Positions 54,404-64,000 of a stretch of DNA of 64,000 nucleotides are shown in pieces. A program made the position numbers and the translations under genes. Position 1 is the stretch's first letter. Every line of letters begins with the position of its first letter. The stretch covers positions 42,036,001 through 42,100,000 of the forward strand of contig CM022665.1 of assembly GCA_012295275.1 (NCBI GenBank). The letters run 5' to 3'. The DNA is from Chrysomallon squamiferum (lineage: Eukaryota > Animalia > Mollusca). Under the pieces are notes generated by a model, which did no database searches, was not told where the DNA came from, and saw only the letters and a list, made by a program, of their open reading frames with translations.

Positions 54404-54540
54404 TATGCTATGGCTGTTAACTATTTTCATCTTTGGCCACGAAACGCTTTCATGATGACTGCTCTACCAAACAAGGACATGAGGTATATCATGCTGTTTG
54501 AACCAAAAAAAAAAAAAACATCATTGTCTTCTTCAGACAA
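54404..54540 (+). pseudogene. Degenerate, inverted relic of KMO exon 7 (copy 2, inside the tandem duplication)
   Basis: YAMAVNYFHLWPRNAFMMTALPNKD follows the same ttgtctttcag acceptor and decays afterwards. Confidence 0.85.
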
Positions 54541-55048
54541 TAACTGCAAATATCGCGATTTGTTACCAGCAGATTTTTGTCACGCTTTCACACATCTGGC
54601 CACACTTCAGATGGACAACATACTTCGGAATGTAATAAAAACTTAAGGCCAATACAGATAGTTTATAACACGTTCCTTGTGTTATCTTTAGACCATAGTA
54701 CAAAAACAAAATATTGCTTCTTGTCAGCTATACATGTTTGCAGAACCTATGATTATAAAATAATTTAATTTTTAAATAGTGTTCTGAGTTGTCATAAACA
54801 AAATACGTGTTTGGCTGCTTTCGCAGAAAACAAAAGTTAATACAGGTGAATATTATGTTGATAATTATAGAAGTATTGTTAAGTATTTGTAAATAAATGT
54901 ATTTATCGCTATGGTGTTATGTTTTTGTCAATAATATACGAATAAACAGATTTATGTGTGTGTGTCTGAAAAACAGAGCAAGAGATGCAGAGAAAGTTAA
55001 ATAGATATGTAGTCAAATAAACAGAGAAAAGAGGCGACAAAGTTAAAT

Positions 55049-55091
<43 letters not shown>

Positions 55092-55622
55092 AACAAAGAG
55101 ATCGGAGGGACAAAGGTAAAGATATATATAAAGAAATAAACAGATTTTTTCTTCTTCTTTCAGTGCATAATTATAATTTTATTGAGAGAAAAAGAATGAC
55201 ATGTTTAGAGAATAATTTAGCGATTATTATAGACAAAAAGGCCTGAGAGAACTATATTTGATCATTAATATTTTCAACTCCAGCAGTTCGTGCAAAATAA
55301 CACGTAACAATTTTTAAATTTTTTTTAGGTCTGTACTTCGGAAATTAATTTACATTGTATTATTTATCATTTCGGGCCTGATTAAAAAAAAAAAAAACGT
55401 TAATGACGTCATCTTCCCTGAAAGGTCTCCGAATGTTTCACTACTTCAAATCACTGTCGTTATAATATATTTATTTATTTATTTATTTATTTTAGCAAGC
55501 CTGCAGAAGTGTTGAAATAGTAACAAGGAAATAATTATGAATGATACTGCACTTCGAACATGTTGTATGAATTACATGAATTACATTAATCACTTTAAAT
55601 CAGTTTTAAAATATTACAGAAG

Positions 55623-55708
<86 letters not shown>

Positions 55709-57400
55709 TGTGTGTGTTAACAACTGCATATAGGAACTGCTGTTATAATGTATAAAATCAGTTTATAATTACACACAAAGAGATGAACACATTTATTTTC
55801 CAATACTTCTTGATTGCTACTTTTATTTGCCTCATAAACAAGTTATTTTACATCTAACAACTTACAACACTATTTTACATATATTATATACAATTTAAAA
55901 ATAGTATGTATGTATATATGTATGTATGTACGTATGTATGTATTGTTTTGCAGTTGACTTCCAAAACCTTCGCAACTTTCTATCAAGACACACAATTTTA
56001 GCAGCACAAAAAAAAAAAAACATCGCAAGTCCGTTATTTGCAGTTATCTCCCTTCGACCACCTAACATTAACTGCATGGAAACTTTCAAAGAAACAGTGA
56101 TCGGTGAACAACTTCATGTATAAAAGTGCTTACGTGAAATACAAACACTCATATATTATTTACGTGTTGTACCTAAGATGAACAGTCCCCCAGGACAGCT
56201 CATTTTCAAGTATGAGTAATCCCGTATTACCCACCCTGAGGTGGGGGTGTCATCACTCACCAGGTGACTCACTGTCGCTGCATTTAAGGTACAGTTTATT
56301 AAAATAATAAAATGCACATGAGATTATTAAAAATAATTTACTTTGGTAAGGTATAATTAATAAAGATTTTGATTTTCTTTCAATAAAGGATAATAACAGT
56401 TATGATAAAAAACTTACTATCTAAACTATATATAATGTTAGTATTGTTAGTAATAAATATTATTATTATTCGTAAAGAAGGCAGACACAGTAGTGTTGTT
56501 TTTAAAATCATTTTTATTTCAATTAATTGTTTACAGAAAATAGTAAAAAAACAAACGAAAAAGAGCTTTGAAATCGTTTTTATGTCATTGTTTACAGAAA
56601 ATATTAAAAACAAATAAAAAAGACAATAATTTAAAAAATCATGTTTATTTCGTTTATTAATACAGAAATTATTTACTTGTTTATTAAATGTGTCCGGTGT
56701 GTTGCATAATACCGATTTTGTTGACGTGAACGTTGTGGACGTTGTTGATAAGAATTGCGGTTGCAACTGGACTATAAATGAAAAAAAGACTTCGTAAATA
56801 CATACAGAGATATGAATAAGAGTTAAAGATATTATCTGTATTTAAATTAACATGTATTTATTTATTCATTCATTTTTTCCACTGGAATCAGCCTTAAAGG
56901 CAGGCTATCGGAAACAATAACATGAATATCATTATAATTTTTTATATTTTTAATAATATAAATTTTTAATAAATTATATATTAAGAGTAACTTGTTGCAT
57001 GAAGAATGTACGACATATACAGTCATCAGCACATTAATATAAACAAAATTACACGCACGCACGCACCCGCGCACACACACACACACACACACACACGTTA
57101 GACCTAACAGTGTCAACTACGTTAATATTTTTCTTATTATGTGTAATATAGAATATCTTGTGGATGTCGGATGAGCAGGTAGGGTGATTCTGTATCCAGC
57201 CTACACTGGCAAGACAGCTAGCTGTAGCAATGATTCAAGTATATAGGTATACACATATATATATATTCCAAAATTGTTTTACAATACTAAATAATTATTA
57301 AAAACATAAATAAGTTTGTTTGTTTTGTTTATTAATCATTTTGTTGTTGTTTTTCTTTTTTCTTTTACTTTTTAAAAAAAAATGTCCTTGTTTTGGGGGG

Positions 57401-57463
<63 letters not shown>

Positions 57464-58035
57464 TTTACGGAAAATTAATTAAATAAATGAAAAATAAATA
57501 AATAAATAAATAAATAACAAAATATTTGGATTACCAAGATTATTGTAAGTTAAAGAAATGTTATTAAATATAATAAGCTATTTTAAACAAATTTTATTTG
57601 TTTTAAATTATTAATACAATTTACATTCCACTAAAATAAATTTTTTAAAAAAACAGCCAAGCAATAACGTCATGTGTTGATGACGTCATCTTTCCTGCCT
57701 GAAATGTCTCTGAATGTTTTACTTTTAAGATCATTGTTGTTATAAAATGTGGTTTGATTTCATGTCTGTAGTAGTATTAGTATTAGTATTAACATCTGCA
57801 TTTTATACACTAATCGAGTAGTTCTGTAATTATTTATCTTTGAGGATATCATAACAAGTGCGCGATGTTACGACAGACAACGATTTCTTTCGTTTTATGT
57901 TACGATTTAGTCCAGTTCGAAGTATTTATTGTGACATACCTTTATTTATTTATTTATTTATTTATTTATATTTAGTTGGTTTAACACAATTTTTTGAAAC
58001 TGTAACAAGAACATAACTGGTCAGAGTTATAAATC

Positions 58036-58066
<31 letters not shown>

Positions 58067-58406
58067 TTGTACTCTGTCTTTACGTCTGTCTCTTTTGCCT
58101 TTTTTGCCCATTCTTTATCATTGTCAGACCATTTTCGGATGTGTCAAACTGTCAAATTCATTCAATTCGTGACGTATGAAAATACATACCATTTTGTCGG
58201 TTGCGAGATATAATTTGATGCATTTTTAACTTAAAACAATTGGCCATATGACAAAAAAAAACACAGTAAATAAAATTTCAGAGAATTATTCGTCTTTTCA
58301 ACTATCAAAATGTTTTGCAAGGAATTTAAAAAGTTTATAATGACATGGTTAAAAAATCTGAGGGCTAAAGAAAACTTTTAAATATAGACCGAATCAAACA
58401 TTTTAT

Positions 58407-58537
<131 letters not shown>

Positions 58538-58917
58538 TATCAAAGAAATTAGGCCTAAACGAACAACAACTCTGCAAATTTAACGCAAATTACTAGGTGA
58601 AGCAATTTGTTTTAAATATTAGATATGTCAGTGTGTGGTTTCATATAAAGGTTAATATCATTACCTCCTATATTAAAATGATACATTAAATTCATTCGGC
58701 AACACTATCAAATGATTATCTGAGTTTTTAATTCACAAAATTTCTCTCTGATGAGAGTAATGATTTTAATGTTAATGTCGTGACTTTTCATGATTGTTAT
58801 TAATGTTGGTTTTATCTGTCGTCGTTTTTTTTGTTTATTCTCGTTTTTATGCTTCAGTTTTAAATGCGTTTGTCGTGAAGGTAACTTGTAGAAGACGCAT
58901 TCACAAAATGTGATGAG

Positions 58918-59070
58918 TGTCTTGTAGCTCAGTGGTTAGAATATTTGTCTAAGGGAGCTAAGCTGCAGGATAGATTATTCTTCATGGTTTAATTTTAAAG
59001 CTATTCCTCTTTTATCTAGTACCAGACATAGCCTACATTATGTCAACGATATTGTTTCCTGTCTATGAAG
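58918..59070 (+). mobile_element. Degraded tRNA-headed SINE, family 2 (5' part)
   Basis: A-box-like GTAGCTCAGTGGTTAGA, then GCAGGATAGAT, GCTATTCCTC and CCTGTCTATGAAG, resembling the CTGTCTATGGGAAGGT core seen at ~15222, ~31556 and ~47337. Confidence 0.5.
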
Positions 59071-59097
59071 AACAATCTACGTCAGTGATTTATTATT

Positions 59098-59129
<32 letters not shown>

Positions 59130-59764
59130 TTATTTTATTTTATTTTATTTTTTTTTTATTTTTTTTTAACGGGACCCTTTTTTTTAAATATTTTTAAGTC
59201 TGGCGCCACTTGACTTAAATTTTCTTGTGGCGACAGCGAAATGATGAATTACGTAACGATAAACATAACTGATAATCATAAACGAAATATTTCTGGAAAT
59301 AAGTAAAAGCAGCCAATAGTATCTGCTTCGGTTTCTCTTTTCAAATACACCTGTCAACATTTAACTGCATCAAGGACATAATTAACCACTTTTATTCATA
59401 TATTCCCAGTACCCACAGATACTAATGGATGTTAAACTGTCCATCGTGGTCATTACTGGTGTTTAATTCACAGACTGGCGAAACGCGTTTTAACCAGATC
59501 ATAATGAAAAACGGTAAACGATTTGATAGGACAGTTAATACTTAAGTATTTATTGTGTCTAAGCGCATTTTTCATTGTCATAACATTCGGAAAATATGGC
59601 TGTCATGCCCATGTCTAGGTATAATTTTATTTAATGTGGTAGTAGTAACGTGGGAATGTCCGAGTGGAGAGATGTGTAACTCAGCGGTCACTGGACTACT
59701 GCACGATCAAAACTCCTTGGTAGCTCCACTGGAATATTTCACGTTCCAACCACTACTCGACAAC

Positions 59765-60670
59765 TGGATATTCAATAGCCGATGACAAAAAAAAACAAAA
59801 ACAAAAAGTTGAATGGTTTAAGGTTGTTGTTAAACAAATATCGGACATTTGATAAACGACGACAGAAAATAAATATGCTGTAACGCTATTATTACACAAA
59901 ATGTGTGTGGTATTCAGAATACGCGTTAACGATCTTGTTGAACAAATGCTTGACATTCAGTAACCGATGATAGAAAACTAATGAACATGCTTTAATAGTT
60001 TTGTTTTAAAAGTTATCTGATTTTCTGTAGTCGATGATAGAAAATTAATATGCTGTAAGGCTATTGTTAAATAAATGTTTGACTTTCAACAGCGGACGAT
60101 TGAAAATTAACCAACATGCTTTAATAGTTTTTGTTGAACAAATTTTTGACATTCAGTAGCCAAAGATAGAAAACATAATAGGTTTTAGTGATACTGCTAA
60201 ACATTCACTAGCCGATGAACTCAAATTAGCCATTATGCTCTAATGATTGACATTAAATAGCGCATGATAGAAAAAATAATAATAAGCTTTAATGATACTG
60301 ATAACAAATTAACGATCATGCTCTAAAGATTTTACGAAACAAATGTTTGCTATTCACTATTGGGTATAAGAAAACTGATCACCCTTAAAGATAAAACAAA
60401 ACTTTTTATTTTATTTTAATTAATATATACAAAAAATTAAGTATCATGCTCTAAACAAATTTTTGATATTCAATACTGGGCTGTAGAAAACTGGTCAGCC
60501 TACGATTTAAAAAAAAAAAAAAAAAAAATTATTTTATTTTAATTAATATATAACAAATTAACGATCATGCTCTAAATATTTTATGAAACGAACGTTTGAT
60601 ATTCAATACTGGGCGGCAGAAAGCTGATCAGCCTACGGTTAAACGAAACTTTTGTTTTATTTTAATTAAT
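59765..60670. repeat. Degenerate ~65 bp minisatellite grading into a ~120-140 bp higher-order repeat
   Basis: Units TTGACATTCAGTAGCCGATGATAGAAAA...ATGCT.TAA...TTGTT.AACAAAT over 59765-60300. Then three longer units with ATCATGCTCTAAA...TATTCA.TA.TGGG...AGAAA.CTG.TCA.CC over 60300-60670. Confidence 0.8.
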
Positions 60671-61073
60671 ACAACGTCCAGCTAGATAAGTGTGAAAGAG
60701 TTCGATGGAGGTCAAGTGGCCAAGGTCACTTCCGGTGGCGTTCTTTTAACACAGGACACCAAAGTACAAGTGCCTCTTCAGAGTGTTTACACTTACGTCA
60801 CAACAGGCTTTCATTATCACCATCTGCGTGTACCATATTGCTTGTTATTTAATTTGTTTTGTTGTTCTGACACCATCTGTACCACACCGTATCAGTGTTA
60901 AAAACCCAAAAATAAAATTACTTGGTTATAAGGAAGTAAGAAAAAAATATATATTTATATATACAGTGGCATAATTGTTTAAAAAATCAAGTAATAATAA
61001 TATAATAATAATAATAATAATAATATTAATAATAATAATAGGGTTTAAATATAGAAAATACGGCTCGGATAAT

Positions 61074-61167
<94 letters not shown>

Positions 61168-61329
61168 AGGTATGGATAGTAAAACAGAGACAATGAGAGA
61201 ACTGATTGATAAAGAGAATCATTAACAGCATATATTATCAGATATTCATTTAAACAGTAGACTAACTGAAATATGCTTACATCCAATGAAAATACATGTG
61301 TCTTGGACATACAATATAAATATCATCTA

Positions 61330-61460
61330 AATACCATCATCACAGTCTATGAAAACACAGAAGGAAGATGATATAATTGTCTTACTCTTGTCCAGTTAAC
61401 ACTGAACTGGAATCAAGTCTTGGATGGTTTCTCTGCACTTAATGTTCTGAAGCTTTAGTG
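61330..61460 (+). mobile_element. Possible degraded CR1/L2-type LINE 3' end
   Basis: Frameshifted translation ..TLNWNQV..SA..EA(L) loosely resembles the RTI.xWNxLP...SA.S.EAFK C-terminus of CR1-clade ORF2. The match is weak. Confidence 0.25.
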
Positions 61461-61674
61461 GATTCACCACTGGGTCACTAAGACCAGTCAGTTCAGGATG
61501 ACCTGTAAGTGGAATGCGTAGGCGGGTGGAAGTGAGGGAACAACGAGAGCTAGGACTAGAGCTAGAGGACCGGAAAATCTTTTTTTAATTATTATTATTA
61601 TTATTATTTTTTTTTAAATAAAATATAGATTAATTAGTACACGGTTATTTTCTATTTTCAGCATTGGTAAGAAG

Positions 61675-61739
<65 letters not shown>

Positions 61740-63536
61740 ACGATTCATATTTAATGTTAATTTGTGTGTGTATTTATGTATGTATGTATGTGTATGTACG
61801 TACGTACGTATGTATGTATGTATGTATGGTTATATGTATATATGTATGTATTTTGTTTGTGTTTGCAAGCACGTACGTAGATATGTAGATATGTATGTAT
61901 GTATATAATGGAGAAATGTTTCTTTGTGAATAACAAAGATTTCGTAGAAAATAATATCATAAAAAACTGGAGAAATAAATGGATTTCAATAAACTTCTTT
62001 CTTTAATATTTCTATTGTATGAACACGGAATTTTTAATTATTATTTTTTTAACTGTATAAGTACTTCCTGTATCAGTAGCAGATAAAATTAAGTTAAGAT
62101 GACCTCTATTAAGTCAAGAACACCTTGGTAAACTGATTTTAATTCTGTATAATCTCCTTACCTATTAACTCTAATCATTTATGAGTAGACATGAAGCTGG
62201 TTCAAGGTATATGTCGTGCAGGTCGCAGGATCAACACTGGATTGTCCTACATAATTATGTATTTGTATAATGTGCTGCAAAATGAAATAGAAAAAAAAGC
62301 GACGGAAATGTTATTTTACAGTTTGAATGTAAATTCATGTAGTTCTGGTTTGGCGACACGATCCTGATACCTACCACACTAAAGACTGGTGGTGGTTTAA
62401 CCCGCGATGAAAGTGAGATTTATCTAATACCAGTGATGTTTAATAAAATGGATTACAAAGATGGAACAGTACTGTTGACACTCGATTTCACGAACTTTGG
62501 TCTTATAACTTTCGGAAAACTGAGACCAAAAGTTTGAAAAACGCTCAAAATTTGAAGTTACCGTCATTTCCCGTCTGTAAATTTATCTCTTAAGTTATTC
62601 TGTGTCCCCACTATACGTTCAAGGCAGCCCTCTCTCAACCCATTTTCCATCAAAGTAAGAGTAAATTTTACAACTGCTCCCATAATCATCCAAAACGAAT
62701 AAACTTCAGACAGCCTAGCCTACATTTCTCTATTTTACGTATACGGTGTGACATATTTTTTTTTGCACTATGTCTGTATATTGTTTTTACATTACTATAT
62801 TACTTATTATACCGCTGTTACATCTACAAAAGTTTAAACGTTTCGGTGTATTTTAGAGTTAATGTTTCCATTCGCGATTTCCCAGACTTTTTGCATTTTT
62901 CGGACCGATTCTTCACACTATTTGTCCGTGAAATAGAGTTTGAAAATTAACCCTGTTATTTCATAGCTACATATTAATTATATGTAGATGGCGTTATCGC
63001 GAATCGATCCTGGTACCTGACACTCGTGGGGCAGACGATTTTACCATAACGATTTAGGAAATGCAACGATGCATTGCTGTCAAAAAGGCTGAGAATGCGA
63101 GCCGTGTGTATATAAATCTCACTACCAATAAATAAACTGATACAGCAGAGTTTTTTGGGTGTTTTGTAAACGCTAGAAAAACGTTGACATATGAACACAG
63201 TAGCATGGCTATTCACGATAACAAAGAAACGACTACTGATACCAAAAAATAAGAATGCTAAGGTTAAACCAAACGATAATTCACAGTCTTGATTAACGAC
63301 AGGGTAACAGCCTAAGACGACGTTTTACAAAGAAGGTGATAAGTAAACAGATTGTCTGACCTTGTACAGCAGGTAAGGCCAATAAACGAATGACCATGTG
63401 TAATGAATGGGATTAAGAAATTGATTCCTTATTAAGAATGATATATTGTGCTTAGTGTATAATCGTAAAAGATGTTTTTAAATATATATTTATATCAATG
63501 TAAATATATGTGTATTCGGTACAAACTACATCCTTT

Positions 63537-63582
<46 letters not shown>

Positions 63583-64000
63583 AACACATACATACGTACC
63601 TAGGTACTTACATCAGTACGTCAAAACATGCCTACAAACCTACGTTTACATTCTCGGCTATGCGCAAACTTTAGTTTTGTTCTTTAACTGCTACTGATAC
63701 CAAAGTTGTTTTTTTTTTTTGTCATATCATTATTACAATTACTGCTGCTGCTACTGTTACTACTAACAATAATTCTGCTGCTACTACTATTACCGCTTCA
63801 CACCTGTTATTACTTCACTGGTAGTTGTTTGTTTTTTTTTTTCTAATTACGTGTATTCGACTTTTACAAATGATCAGATCTGTAATTTTGACCATTTAGT
63901 GTTTAAACTTCTCACTTCCATGTAATTATTTGCTAATCAGTCTGCACTCTGTTTTCGGGCCTCTTAATTTGAAATCAGCGGCGTTTCTAATAGAGTATCA

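Larger units (their letters stand above)
50409..55969 (+). repeat. Tandem segmental duplication, ~2.8 kb unit (50409-53211 and 53212-55969)
   Basis: Collinear copies contain the GPCR 3' end, 3' flank, KMO relic exon and (CT)n(GT)n microsatellite. Short AAAAC(C)T microhomology is present at 50405-50410, 53207-53213 and 55963-55969. Confidence 0.92.

Noticed and set aside
61396-61502. Possible minus-strand terminal exon GHPELTGLSDPVVNPLKLQNIKCRETIQDLIPVQC*
   Set aside because: An acceptor is present, but no upstream exons were found in 61600-64000 and the homology is not convincing (only vaguely SOCS-box-like). A decayed LINE end on the + strand explains it equally well.

Overview
AT-rich, microsatellite-dense, intron-rich animal genomic DNA. 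It is probably a lophotrochozoan, most likely a gastropod mollusc, an inference from the receptor type and repeat landscape. Bases 1-20,500 contain no supportable coding sequence: only microsatellites, minisatellites, SINE/MITE fragments, unique-sequence islands and a strong CTCF-like motif. On the minus strand are two tandem 14-exon kynurenine 3-monooxygenase (KMO/cinnabar) paralogs, reconstructed by hand exon by exon. KMO-A (32946->20555) is intact at 471 aa and has one GC-AG intron. KMO-B (43375->34874) has the same exon structure but a single +1 frameshift at the end of exon 3 and substitutions at active-site motif positions. Divergent from KMO-B is a 2-coding-exon, ~965 aa family-B (Methuselah/adhesion-like) 7TM receptor with a mucin stalk, a somatomedin-B-like motif and Cys-rich repeats (47775-50978). 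Its 3' end, together with an inverted relic KMO exon 7, is tandemly duplicated as a ~2.8 kb unit (50409-53211 / 53212-55969). Almost all other ORFs in the track are microsatellite artefacts.
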